A stretch of DNA of 64,000 nucleotides from an uncultured Verrucomicrobiae bacterium (GCA_963744965.1 CAVUVT010000002.1:79440-143439), one strand, 5' to 3'; positions 49,919 through 59,743 are shown, numbered from the stretch's first letter. Translations and numbers: made by a program. Notes: a model not told the origin generated them from the letters alone.

Positions 49919-50237
49919 TTCACAGGCGCGTTGCTTGCGCGTTGAAATGACGGCAACCCGTTTGCTCGTGCTGCCGCTGGATCAATTCGTGTTTGCTGAA
50001 CTGGACAGCGATGGCAAGGAACAAAAACTGCGTCTGGTTTTTGCCACGCATGAAGTTTTGATTTCCGGTTACGCTTTACGGCGGATTGAAACGGCCATCT
50101 GTCGGCTGGAATTGTCCGGCCTGATGAAATTGCCGGAAAAATATCATGCGCTGATTGCCGAAAACCAGCCCAGGATTCGGGAAATCGTTGTCACAGAAAT
50201 CAAACCCGCTGGCCTACAAACACAGGGGCTTAATTGA
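49884..50237 (+). CDS. Hypothetical relaxase-associated protein
   Basis: Overlaps the relaxase 3' end. Confidence 0.7.
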   Translation: MNTKTPECYTTDSQARCLRVEMTATRLLVLPLDQFVFAELDSDGKEQKLRLVFATHEVLISGYALRRIETAICRLELSGLMKLPEKYHALIAENQPRIREIVVTEIKPAGLQTQGLN

Positions 50238-50326
50238 ACATCGCACTGAACGCCCGTTCCGAAAGCCGGAAGCGAAACGGAGCGGTTCGTGAGTCGGCGA
50301 ACGCGCACGCAGTAGAGAAGCATTAG

Positions 50327-50625
50327 CCCGGATTTCCCAGATTAACTTCAAAAGCCAATATTATTGACTTACAATGGAGCCGCATAAACAAAGGCTTTCA
50401 TCTATGTTAAAGCAACGAAAGACGGAAAATCCAATGGGTGCAGGCAAAAAGCAGGCTTTGCGGGTGACTTTTGATCGTCGTTTGAAGCTGGAGTTTTACG
50501 GTTCCAAGGTCACATCCGACGCCGGGTTATTAGCTTACAGGGAACTTGATGAGGCGCTGGGGCTGACCGACTTGGGAGAGCCGCCTGAAAAAACACGATT
50601 TAACCGTCAAAACCAGCATTATTAG
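50327..50625 (+). pseudogene. IS1380-family transposase 5' remnant with left end
   Basis: LRVTFDRRLKLEFYGSKVTSDAGLLAYRELDEALGL then truncated; CCCGGATTTCCCA upstream. Confidence 0.75.
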
Positions 50626-50756
50626 TGCCGTAAATGCAATGAAAAATTATTAGCCTATGAACTCTTAACATCGCTTTTCCGTTCGACCGTCCTGGAACTC
50701 CGATTCGGCATTCACAAACCAGAATTTTGCTCCGGCGGGTGGCATAACTATTGCGG

Positions 50757-51158
50757 CTATCCCACGGGGACATTTACAATCAACTGGCCTTGTTCGTTCG
50801 TATAGCTGGGAAGCCTCGGCAAATCATGTTTCGCCGGCCCCTGAGTCACAAGACCAGCCGGGTCGAAAGTCGAACCGTGACATTTGCAGTAAAATGAACA
50901 ATCCGGTTTAGCGGCAAGCTTGCATTTCCGATGTGTGCAAATGGCGGACAGGGCAAATAGTGTGTCGTCCCGGCGAATGATAAAAAATCCCGAGTCTCGA
51001 AAATTACTGTAAACCCCGTCGGCAACATAGTTGCTGGCTGACCCGGCATTGATAATTCGTTGCGCATGGGCAGCGGAAGTGCTCACATCGTTCACCGCCT
51101 GACAACCGGCAGCCAGGCCCGCAGTCAGAAGCAGAAATTGCCGCCGGTTTAGCTTCAT
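50757..51158 (-). CDS. Tat-exported Rieske [2Fe-2S] lipoprotein
   Basis: NRRQFL, LAAGC, CTHRKC, CKCHGS. Confidence 0.9.
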   Translation of the reverse strand: MKLNRRQFLLLTAGLAAGCQAVNDVSTSAAHAQRIINAGSASNYVADGVYSNFRDSGFFIIRRDDTLFALSAICTHRKCKLAAKPDCSFYCKCHGSTFDPAGLVTQGPAKHDLPRLPSYTNEQGQLIVNVPVG

Positions 51159-51176
51159 GAGTTATTGTTTCCGCTG

Positions 51177-52088
51177 TTAATATTCAAACACCAGACTCGT
51201 GAAAATGCCAGAGTGGACATCCGCCCGTGCGTTGCTGTTGACCGGGAACACCAATCCCAGCCCCAGCCGAGGCTGCACACGACCGATGGTTTTGAGATTA
51301 ACACGAAAGGCCGCATTTCCAAGCAGGCTGCTTTGTCCGGAGTTGTCGTGATTCATTGCTGTTTCGCCTTTCAATTCAAAAATGGGAATGAATTGTTGCA
51401 CGCCAGGCAATGGCAATTGACTGTGTGGAATGCTGTAGCCAAAGACAAAACCGTATTCAAATGTCTGCAAACCACCGTCCGCGCCACCGCCATAGAGGGT
51501 GGAATATCCAAAAAGGGACTGCATGGTGAAACGTTCACCCACTCTCAGATCATTGAAAATTTTCGGGACAACTTCGGTGTTTTTGCTCACCGCCGAGTTG
51601 ACGGGAATGCCGACTTCCAAGGCAACACCCAAGGTAGTGTCGAAAAATCCAGTGGTCGAAACGAATTGGTAAAATGGATGGCGTGCGCCCACCTCAATGT
51701 TGCCGATGCCCTGCGAAACTTGACCGGACGATGCATCGCGCTCGTATGGAACCTTCAATTCCAAAGTCATCAGGCCAAAACCTTTCTCCACCTCTGCCGA
51801 GGCGATGTCGTTGTGTTGACTGCCGGCTTCAGTGTGCAGCCAGTCCAAGCGGGCTTCATTGATTTCAAGACCGGAATCATCCACTAGAAACGGCTCCGGG
51901 AAGTTTCCCTCATTATACCAACTGCGATGGTCAAGCCCGTTGAAAAGTCCGTAGCGCGTGCCGGGCGTTACGGATGAATTTCCGGCCGCCGGGGCAACCG
52001 GATCATCCGCCAGGGCCGTGGTTTGAACCAAAGTGGCGACAGACATGATTTCCAAAACGGGTGTTAATATTTTCGTTTTCAAATTCAT
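51177..52088 (-). CDS. Outer-membrane beta-barrel-like protein
   Basis: Signal-like N-terminus, GIGNIEVG, C-terminal FEY. Confidence 0.65.
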   Translation of the reverse strand: MNLKTKILTPVLEIMSVATLVQTTALADDPVAPAAGNSSVTPGTRYGLFNGLDHRSWYNEGNFPEPFLVDDSGLEINEARLDWLHTEAGSQHNDIASAEVEKGFGLMTLELKVPYERDASSGQVSQGIGNIEVGARHPFYQFVSTTGFFDTTLGVALEVGIPVNSAVSKNTEVVPKIFNDLRVGERFTMQSLFGYSTLYGGGADGGLQTFEYGFVFGYSIPHSQLPLPGVQQFIPIFELKGETAMNHDNSGQSSLLGNAAFRVNLKTIGRVQPRLGLGLVFPVNSNARADVHSGIFTSLVFEY

Positions 52089-52329
52089 GGCGGTAAAATT
52101 AGCTGATGCTTGGAATTCTGCTTCCGGTCGGTTGCTATTTATTAGCGTTGGCTTGCACCGGACATTTCTTGCCATCACCATGACAGGATATTTGCTCACC
52201 GCCAGGAAAATGGCAGACTATTGCTGTGCCTCAATCTGCCAAACGGCAAATCGAAACCAGCAACGACGTAGAGATTAGCGTCGCGCCTGCGTTCACCGAA
52301 CGACCAGCTTGGCGCTCGGTTGGCGACGG

Positions 52330-52545
52330 CTGGCGGCATTTTCCGAAACCTTCCGGAGTAATTTGGTCTGCTTGGTATATCTGGTATGTCTTGCGCATTT
52401 CGGTGCGGACTTTTTCAATCTGCAGGTTATGCGCCTCAAGCCGATTCTTCTTGTCGGCAAGGTTCTGATTCGCGCATCTCAAGATGCGCTTCGATCTTTT
52501 CCTGGGACACGAAGAAATCATGCAACTTGTCGTGGAATGTTGCTA
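52330..52545 (-). pseudogene. Fragment resembling the coiled-coil region of a large serine recombinase
   Basis: FHDKLHDFFVSQEKIEAHL / ANQNLADKK..YQADQITPEGFG across a frameshift. Confidence 0.4.
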
Positions 52546-52606
52546 ATTGTTTTCAGGATTCAAAAGAACCACTTCAAAAATTTTCCGTTCTATGAGGCAT
52601 GAAAAT

Positions 52607-53089
52607 TTACTGGATTCTTGCGTGTATGCTGGCATCAACGGCGATTCTCAATATAATCGGCTTGGCGGTTCTGTGGAAACTTTTTGATCTGTTAGACGCT
52701 ACTTTCAAAGATATGAAGTCGCGGGTTTCCCTCCGGACTCCCCTTGTTGAGAACAATATCATAAAAAAACGTTCCTGTGACGGCGGCACCACCAAATCAA
52801 GCCAGACAGTGGAAGAAAAAGGCTCGGCTGAGTCCGTATAGACGCCGCTGTTCGGAGCAGTTTCTTGCCCGACTTTTATGCAAAGAGAACTGTCGTCTTT
52901 GACGTAAACAGCTTCCAATTTGATAGCGTAAGCTTCGTCATTATTTTTCAAAGTAACGGTGAGCCTTTGATGCGGCTGCAAGAAGTCACCCGGCTGCTGA
53001 CCACGAATGTCCAAAATTGGTTTACGAGAACGGCCTTTTCGGAAAAGGTTTATGAACAAACCTAACAGAGCTTCGATCAGGTCGCTCAT
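52607..53089 (-). CDS. Hypothetical protein
   Basis: 160-aa ORF 5 nt downstream of 53095-53484. Confidence 0.5.
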   Translation of the reverse strand: MSDLIEALLGLFINLFRKGRSRKPILDIRGQQPGDFLQPHQRLTVTLKNNDEAYAIKLEAVYVKDDSSLCIKVGQETAPNSGVYTDSAEPFSSTVWLDLVVPPSQERFFMILFSTRGVRRETRDFISLKVASNRSKSFHRTAKPIILRIAVDASIHARIQ

Positions 53090-53094
53090 TTAAA

Positions 53095-53484
53095 TCAGTT
53101 GGCGTACCCCACTTCACTCGCCCAGTTTTCCGCTCTTTGTGCGGCTTCTGCAAACGAAAGAATCGCGTAGTTCTGGGCAGCAGGTGCCGCGCTTTCAAAC
53201 CAAGCGGCGATTTTGTTAATTTTCTTCCAAACGGGAACACGATTTAATTGAGGTGGCCAAAAGACGTAAATCGGATACCCGGTCTGCAAAGCTTTTTCAG
53301 CCCACGCTGGCAAAGGGTTGGGCACATCTTCTAGCGGCAGTATTCCACGGTTGCGGGTGAACTCATCAAAATTTTGAACCATATCGGTGGCATCAGGATT
53401 ATCCCCCAAATTCAGGAGATATTCCTTGGGAACGGTCATTATCCAGAGTTGGCCTGCTGGATTGCTGACGTACGCCCAGTTCAT
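53095..53484 (-). CDS. Hypothetical protein
   Basis: ORF with protein-like composition. Confidence 0.55.
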   Translation of the reverse strand: MNWAYVSNPAGQLWIMTVPKEYLLNLGDNPDATDMVQNFDEFTRNRGILPLEDVPNPLPAWAEKALQTGYPIYVFWPPQLNRVPVWKKINKIAAWFESAAPAAQNYAILSFAEAAQRAENWASEVGYAN

Positions 53485-53547
53485 TTTCAATTCGCGGTCA
53501 CTCTCCACCCCGCTCGCCAGCGGCGGTTCGCTAAAGATTAGGCTGCC

Positions 53548-53700
53548 ATGTCACTGCCTGTTCGCCAAGCCATGCCGCAGGACATCAGGATTGTGACCGA
53601 CATTCTCCGGGAGGCCGCTCGCTGGTTAGAGCAGAGCCGTATGCCCACGTGGCAGGATGGTGTTTACGCCACCTGCCGCATCATGTTTTCGCCGCCGTAG
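53548..53700 (+). pseudogene. Truncated GNAT acetyltransferase N-terminus
   Basis: MSLPVRQAMPQDIRIVTDILREAARWLEQSRMPTW; similarity ends at the neighbouring gene. Confidence 0.5.
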
Positions 53701-53957
53701 GGATTCGGCGTGCGCAGAGCGCATTGCGGGTCGTCGCGCCATTCGCCGTCCACGAGGAATCGGTAGTGGTGCGTGCCCGGTTCTATTTCCACAGTTATCT
53801 GCCACACGCCGTCCGCGCCTTTTTGCAAATTGATGGGACGCTCCTGCCACTGCGTAAAATCACCCACCAACTGCACGCTCACCGCGCCGGGCGCGGAGAA
53901 CGCAAAGGCTTGTTTTTGACCACGACCGCCATTACTTGAGTTCGTTTTTTTTGCCAT
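53664..53957 (-). CDS. Glycogen-binding CBM48 / AMPK-beta-like protein
   Basis: APGAVSVQLVGDFTQW..G.W..YRFLVDGEW..DP..NPYG. Confidence 0.85.
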   Translation of the reverse strand: MAKKTNSSNGGRGQKQAFAFSAPGAVSVQLVGDFTQWQERPINLQKGADGVWQITVEIEPGTHHYRFLVDGEWRDDPQCALRTPNPYGGENMMRQVA

Positions 53958-54412
53958 AACTTTTTCCCCTTTCTTTTGTTTTCTTTCCAAGGGCTGAAAA
54001 ACTTGAAGCCCTGAAGTGACGCCAAATACAACCGTCGGGTTAAGATTAACGACCATGCAACCGGCGCAGCAAGATTATTCGTTGATGACATCACGTTACA
54101 GGCGGCACGAGCGGCCTAATTTGAAAACGGCATCCTGAATTCTTCCGGCTTTTCCCGGAGTGAACACTTGCCGGTAATATACGAAAAGACGGGAAGGTTT
54201 CTCCCGATGTGGTGTTCAGTTGCTTGATAGGGTTCGGGGTCTTCATGGTGTTTGTCTGGCATTTCAACTTTGCTAAGGTTTACAGTGCCCCCCAGCAAAC
54301 GCCAGCAATGGCAGCAGGATTGACAGATAAGACTCCAGCCATTGAGGATTTGCCAAACTGGAACGGCTAAAAAAACTTGTCTCTGTGCGATGGTTGCCCA
54401 CAATAGCCAAAC

Positions 54413-54685
54413 ATGAAGCTGCCAGAAGATGGGGTGAGGGACACGCTTGGGCGCATGGCCGACAAGCTGGTTGAACTTGGATATGCAGACAGGGTGATTT
54501 TGGAAGATGCCCCGAAAGTAATCACCGTTTTCTGGACAGATTCAGGAAGGGTTTTGCAGCGGGATATTGGAAATATTTTTGACGGAGTCAGGAAAGGCGA
54601 GGAAATCAACGCACTTGATATTCAGATACTCTTGGCACTTTTCTTCAAAACTAATAGCGGCGAAAATCCCGGCAACAGGGACTGA
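54413..54685 (+). CDS. Hypothetical protein
   Basis: 90-aa ORF. Confidence 0.5.
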   Translation: MKLPEDGVRDTLGRMADKLVELGYADRVILEDAPKVITVFWTDSGRVLQRDIGNIFDGVRKGEEINALDIQILLALFFKTNSGENPGNRD

Positions 54686-54816
54686 GGTACGGCAACATGC
54701 ACAGGTACGATGTGTAATACGGACTCAGCCGTGCGATCTTTCATATTTCGGGAGCTAAAATAGTGGCTAAAAACACCACCCGTTCATGCTTTTGATAAGC
54801 ATGAATTGTTTGTAGG

Positions 54817-55158
54817 TTGAATGCCGTGAAAGATAAATTTGATTATCTATACCGGCTGAAATTAGAAATCGAGCGATTGCATAAGCGCCCGGCCTGTTAT
54901 CTTCGCACCCATTGGGTTGATGTAACCGTCCTTGGGGAAACAGGGTTGGTCGGAGACAAAACAGCATGGGTTGGAGACGTTGAGGTTTTTGCCCTCACAA
55001 AACACCCCAAAGCCAAAATTTGCTACGCATGGAGCCGTCGCGAAGGAAAGAATGACGAAGGCGAACGGATTGTTGTCGTGTTGGAAATTCCGCCGGTGGA
55101 TTCTCCACAAGCGGCCGTCCGCGCCAGCATTGTTTCAGATTCAATAAAAGACCATTGA
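54817..55158 (+). CDS. Hypothetical protein
   Basis: W.G.VEVF..HP.A..CYAWS..VLEIPPVDSP..AVRASI; start uncertain. Confidence 0.6.
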   Translation: MNAVKDKFDYLYRLKLEIERLHKRPACYLRTHWVDVTVLGETGLVGDKTAWVGDVEVFALTKHPKAKICYAWSRREGKNDEGERIVVVLEIPPVDSPQAAVRASIVSDSIKDH

Positions 55159-55464
55159 AGCGTCGTACGCAACGCCGGCATTGCGGCAAAATAGGGCTTT
55201 ATTTCGGAACGAAATCTGCTACGATCCTTTCATCGCTGGTGTTTAGGGTAAGCGCAGCGGATACGCCAGGATGAACGGGTCGCCAGCGTCCCCCAAATAC
55301 CCGTCGTCCCCTTCTGAGCGCCGCGGTGGCCGGCGTTTTGTCCGTGGCCACCGATACCTGCATCGGCCAAAGGCTGAATTTCAACCGATTTCATCCACCG
55401 GCTCAATTTGTCATCAAACCGCGCGTTAGTCATGGCAGATTCAATTTGTTTTTGCCGAACTGAT

Positions 55465-55980
55465 CTATTTGTATTTTACAATTGCCTCATTGATGCTCAA
55501 AACGACTCGTTCAATGTAGGATTTGTTTTTGGAAGTGAGCGCATGGACTTCGCCTGCCGCACTCGAAAGATTAACGTGATACGAGGTTTTCGCAGTGACC
55601 ATCAAAAGAATTCCTCCAATGACCATTGCACCTCCAATGATATAAACGCCTATCGGCGCGGGAGCGTCGCTACGAATTGATATGAACCCGCCGAGCAATA
55701 AAAGCACGCCGAAGGCCAGAAGCAGAAGTGCTCCAAAAACTCGTGGCGGTGTGTATGTCATTTTGACAGATGTGATGTTTCGCAGTGCATAGGTCGTCCC
55801 TCCAACGATCACCCGTGTCGTGGTTACAGCCACAACATTATCGAAATAAATTCGTTCTTCCCTCGGTTGAACAGGCAGCGGCGGCGGCACAGGCCGCTGC
55901 TGCGGTGCGCCACAATGAGGGCAAGCAGCAGCCTCCGTGCTGACAGATTCGTTACATTCTTTGCATTTGATTAAGGCCAT
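55465..55980 (-). CDS. Zinc-ribbon + DUF6232-like membrane protein
   Basis: CKEC..CPHCG; VTTTRVIVGGTTYALRNITSV; 2 TMs. Confidence 0.75.
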   Translation of the reverse strand: MALIKCKECNESVSTEAAACPHCGAPQQRPVPPPLPVQPREERIYFDNVVAVTTTRVIVGGTTYALRNITSVKMTYTPPRVFGALLLLAFGVLLLLGGFISIRSDAPAPIGVYIIGGAMVIGGILLMVTAKTSYHVNLSSAAGEVHALTSKNKSYIERVVLSINEAIVKYK

Positions 55981-55995
55981 ATTTCAATCTGTTTC

Positions 55996-57423
55996 TTAAT
56001 TTTGTGTCGCGTCATTTATTTGGCAATCAGAAAGCAAATTACCAACCGGCAGTATCGCCCGCTGACGCGGGTCAGTATAGTAGCTTGCAGTCATTTGAAT
56101 GGTCGTGTGCCGCAATTGCGCGCTGCCGGCAAAAATGCCGTTTTGTTTGACGATGGCGTCTCCAAAAAGTTTTCGCAACTCATGAACTTTTTTGCGAGCC
56201 GTAATACCCTTTCCCGCAAGCCATTCAATCAACGTTCTCCAATGAGGTTCGCAACGGTAAAAATTATACTTGGTGCTGCTCTTCCATTCCATCGGACTAC
56301 GAATAACAAATTCATCAGTTGAATTGGTCAGGCTCAATAATTCCTTCATCATCGCCGAATCAACATAAACGACCCCGCATGAATCATGTTTTGGCTGACG
56401 GTATGAGGTTGATTCAATGCAAATCGAATTGTCGGCTGGTTGAAGCTGGTTGCGTAAAAGCGTGTCCGCCTCGGCCCGCCGCAATCCTGCGCAAAGGCAG
56501 AGAAGAAACAACTTGTATGCTTCTGGATGTTCAAGCCGCAACTCATCACGCGCGGCTTTCAGCAATCCGGCGTAAGTTACGCCTAGCGGCGCATGAAATT
56601 TCATCGAACCGTTTTTCTCGAATTTCAATGCCTCAAACCAATAGATTTCTCGTTCTCCCTTTTGACCATCTTTCACTTTGAACTTGGGGACGACAACCGA
56701 AAAGTTTGGCTGATTGATAATGTTGGCACTGAACAAACTTTTGCAATGTCGCAAAGCAGCATTAAACGAACGATTCACTTCCAGCCGCCGTTTTGGATCA
56801 ACGCCTGCGCGTGCCAAATAAGCGACTTTCCAATCTGCTGCTGCTGCTGGCGTGATGGTTCGCAGCGGCGTGGCCTCGACTTTTTGCAACCATGCAGAAT
56901 GTTTTCCGTGCTGATAGCTGTATTTAGATTTGTCTTTTGCAAGCCCACGGATTTGCGCTGTCAACATCCGAAAATACTGCGCGTATCTGTGAAAGGTTTT
57001 TGGCTTCAAATTGCTTACGCGCTCCACTTCTCTCAAAAATACACCGATTGTTGCCTCACCAGCCGGCGCAACTGGAGTTGACGGCGGCACGGGTTTGCCG
57101 AAATTAGCCAGAGTTGCATCCCATCCTTTGGCGACGAGAGAAAGATAAATGTCCCGCGCTTTGGTGGCAGCGTCCTCTTTGTTCGCGGTGTCCAGATCAA
57201 AACTTCGACGAATGCCACGGTATTTTATCCGCACCGACCATTCGCCGATTTCAAAATTTTGCCCGCGATAGGAATACGTCCGATGTTCGAGCCGGGCTTT
57301 CCAATAACCGACGTGGGTTTTCGGAAAATGCCGTTGAGATTGCTTGTCTGAAGTGAGGTCAGAATTCTTGGCCACTTCTTGGCCACTTTTTCTGTCGTGG
57401 GCAGTAGTAACGAGTTGTTCCAT
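55996..57423 (-). CDS. Tyrosine recombinase / integrase
   Basis: GLRRAE, HELRK, LRH, ASYY catalytic pattern; next to the tRNA half. Confidence 0.9.
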   Translation of the reverse strand: MEQLVTTAHDRKSGQEVAKNSDLTSDKQSQRHFPKTHVGYWKARLEHRTYSYRGQNFEIGEWSVRIKYRGIRRSFDLDTANKEDAATKARDIYLSLVAKGWDATLANFGKPVPPSTPVAPAGEATIGVFLREVERVSNLKPKTFHRYAQYFRMLTAQIRGLAKDKSKYSYQHGKHSAWLQKVEATPLRTITPAAAADWKVAYLARAGVDPKRRLEVNRSFNAALRHCKSLFSANIINQPNFSVVVPKFKVKDGQKGEREIYWFEALKFEKNGSMKFHAPLGVTYAGLLKAARDELRLEHPEAYKLFLLCLCAGLRRAEADTLLRNQLQPADNSICIESTSYRQPKHDSCGVVYVDSAMMKELLSLTNSTDEFVIRSPMEWKSSTKYNFYRCEPHWRTLIEWLAGKGITARKKVHELRKLFGDAIVKQNGIFAGSAQLRHTTIQMTASYYTDPRQRAILPVGNLLSDCQINDATQN

Positions 57424-57515
57424 AATACGAGCGTAACGCACATAATGTTGATTTCACGTTTGTTATGGCGACTTATTACGACTCGCTACTACTCTGGACG
57501 ACTGCATACATTTCA

Positions 57516-57554
57516 ATTATGAGTCGCCTGCTCTAACCACTGAGCTATGGGCCC
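57516..57554 (-). tRNA. 5' half only of tRNA-Ile2/Met(CAU); att junction
   Basis: GGGCCCATAGCTCAGTGGTTAGAGCAGGCGACTCATAAT, then no 3' anticodon stem or T-arm. Confidence 0.85.
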
Positions 57555-57612
57555 TAACCGGGGCTATTTTGCGACCGGCTGCATTCGCGACAAGTTAATT
57601 TCACCGGATGCT

Positions 57613-58641
57613 TTATTTTCCGGTCGCTGAATTCGCCGCATTGCGTTCCTGTAACGATCTTTGGAGATATTGGTCCTCCGGGGCCTCGAGCCAGGCGGTG
57701 TACCAGATATCGCCCAGCATCTGGCCGGCCTTGACGAGCTGGCCGTCGAGGAACGCACGGCCCTCCAGACCCTTGTCTCCTTCGCCGGTAAGTTTGCCTT
57801 CCTTCTCCAGTTCATAAAGCGGCCCGACCAGTTTGTTTTGCTCAACGATGTAGCTCACGGCATCACGGAACATGCCGTCCGGCTGATCCGCATTCTTGAT
57901 GCGCTCGGCGGGATGAATTTTCCCCGCCAAGTTTGTGACGTCTATGCCACCGATCTGACGAAAATACCCGCCGTCAATCCACGCGTGAAATTTCAGGCTG
58001 GTCGTATAACCGTGCGGATTGTCGCCCATCCAGCCGTTGAAATGCATCGTCGTATGCAGCGGCTGTGAACCGTCACCAACGAAATGCCCCATCACGCCCA
58101 TGACATAGACGACATTGGCCTGCGCGTTGGCGATCTCCTCCGGCGTGCCGCCGTATTTTTGAAACGTTTTCAGGTAACTGAAGCAGGATTTCAGTTTTTC
58201 GTAATATTCCGTGATGGCCCACGGGAGGAAACCGCTCAATTCGCGCGTGTGATCGGCGTCCTTGGCTGGATCAATGGGCGGAAATTTATCCGGGTGCGCC
58301 GCCCGCTCCCGCGCAATGATTGCGACAAAATCGTAACGCATCAACGGCAGCGTCTCCGGTGTCAGGCCGTAAAGTTTCAAGTCCTCCAAATCAATGTAAT
58401 GGTCCGGCCCGTTGAAATGTTTCAGCGGCAAATCGCCCATATTCCGCCAGCGGTCCGGTTCGCCCGCGAGGAACTCGATGCGATGCTTCAATGCCGGCGT
58501 CAACTTGAACCCGCCGAAATCCGCCGGCAACGACGCCAGCGCCAGTTCATTGATGGCGTGATGCCCCTCGTAATCCCACGCCCTGGCGTTCAGAGTCAAT
58601 GCTCCCAGCATTGCTGCCATTGTGAGTAATTTTTGGTACAT
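57613..58641 (-). CDS. S1/P1 nuclease / Zn phospholipase C-like secreted protein
   Basis: A|WDYEGH, PD.W, HYID, HFVGDGSQPLH, HAWID. Confidence 0.82.
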   Translation of the reverse strand: MYQKLLTMAAMLGALTLNARAWDYEGHHAINELALASLPADFGGFKLTPALKHRIEFLAGEPDRWRNMGDLPLKHFNGPDHYIDLEDLKLYGLTPETLPLMRYDFVAIIARERAAHPDKFPPIDPAKDADHTRELSGFLPWAITEYYEKLKSCFSYLKTFQKYGGTPEEIANAQANVVYVMGVMGHFVGDGSQPLHTTMHFNGWMGDNPHGYTTSLKFHAWIDGGYFRQIGGIDVTNLAGKIHPAERIKNADQPDGMFRDAVSYIVEQNKLVGPLYELEKEGKLTGEGDKGLEGRAFLDGQLVKAGQMLGDIWYTAWLEAPEDQYLQRSLQERNAANSATGK

Positions 58642-58750
58642 AATTGTATGCTTGATACGCTCAAGACTAACGGAATCTGCCGCCTTTGCAAAAAGAATTG
58701 GCTTGGGCGGGTAAAAATCGCGATCGCTGGCGGCGAACCGAAGATAGGCC

Positions 58751-58819
58751 CCTGGGAGCGCCGGCGTCTCGCCGGCCAGTTTCGTTGTCGTACGCCGGCG
58801 GGACATCGGCACTCCCAGG
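58751..58819. repeat. REP-like palindrome
   Basis: CCTGGGAGCGCCGGCGTCTCGCCGGC..GCCGGCGGGACATCGGCACTCCCAGG. Confidence 0.75.
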
Positions 58820-58879
58820 CCAAATTCACCTGATGACAAATTCGTGTTTATTTGTGTTCATTCGTGGTTAAATTTTCAC

Positions 58880-59743
58880 GTGAAAATCATCACTGACGAA
58901 CGCTGCGCCGCCTATTCCCATCCCGGCCATCCCGAACGCCCGCTGCGCATCCTCGCCACACTCGAACTCCTGCGCCACCAGACCGAATTGCCCATCGAAT
59001 GGGCCGAACCGGGCCAGGTGAGCGATGCACAAATCCTTCGCGCTCATCCGGCGGAACATCTCGCGCACTTGAACGAGCCGATGGATTTTGACGCCGACAC
59101 GCCGTTTTACGAAAACATCGCCGGTTTCGCCCGCGCCTCCGCTGCCGCCGCGCTCACCGCGCTGACCGCCGCGCGCAAGGGCGAAAGCGTTTTCAGTTTG
59201 ATGCGACCGCCCGGTCATCACGCCACCCGCGACCGGGCGATGGGCTTTTGTTACTTGAACAACATCGCCATCGCCGTGCTCGAAGCTGCCGCCACCGGCG
59301 CAAAGCGGGTCGCCGTTTTCGATTTCGACGTGCATCACGGCAACGGCACCGAAGCCATTCTGCTCGACCGGCCCGGCACCGCGTTTTTCTCCATCCACCT
59401 GTTTCCATGTTACCCTGGAACAGGCAGCGCGAATGTCGGAAAAAACTGTTTCAATTATCCCGTCGCGCCGGGCTTGCCGCGTCGGGACTACCGCGCCGCG
59501 CTTGAGCAGGCGCTGGACGATTTGAAAAAATTCCGGCCCGACCTCGTCGCCGTGTCCGCCGGGTTCGACGCCTACGTGCGCGATCCGCTGGTGCCGGGCG
59601 TGCTGGTGGTGGACGATTTTTACTGGCTCGGCCAGTCGCTGCGCGCGCTCGGCGTGCCCATGTTCAGCCTGCTGGAAGGCGGTTACAGCAAGGATTTGCC
59701 CGAACTCATCCTCGCCTACCTCAAAGGCGTGGAGGGAAAATAA
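58880..59743 (+). CDS. Histone deacetylase family protein
   Basis: HPERP, RPPGHHA, GFCYLNN, DFDVHHGNGT, SAGFD, LEGGY. Confidence 0.93.
   Translation: MKIITDERCAAYSHPGHPERPLRILATLELLRHQTELPIEWAEPGQVSDAQILRAHPAEHLAHLNEPMDFDADTPFYENIAGFARASAAAALTALTAARKGESVFSLMRPPGHHATRDRAMGFCYLNNIAIAVLEAAATGAKRVAVFDFDVHHGNGTEAILLDRPGTAFFSIHLFPCYPGTGSANVGKNCFNYPVAPGLPRRDYRAALEQALDDLKKFRPDLVAVSAGFDAYVRDPLVPGVLVVDDFYWLGQSLRALGVPMFSLLEGGYSKDLPELILAYLKGVEGK

Larger units (their letters stand above)
1..57516. mobile_element. Integrative conjugative element (left end outside window)
   Basis: T4SS operon, coupling protein, MOB_F relaxase and a tyrosine integrase next to a tRNA half; housekeeping genes (prmC, murA) resume to the right. 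Confidence 0.88.

Noticed and set aside
50688..50703. Right inverted repeat of the IS1380 remnant
   Set aside because: Only about 10/16 match to the left end and no target duplication seen
57440..57554. Group I intron or intron-containing tRNA in the anticodon loop
   Set aside because: No U-G P1 splice pair or intron core is recognisable, and the downstream TCGCC is not followed by a T-arm or acceptor strand; the integrase follows directly
58880..59743. Functional link between the HDAC-family gene and the histone-like gene
   Set aside because: The HDAC family is widespread in bacteria and this copy lies in host DNA outside the element; proximity is likely coincidental
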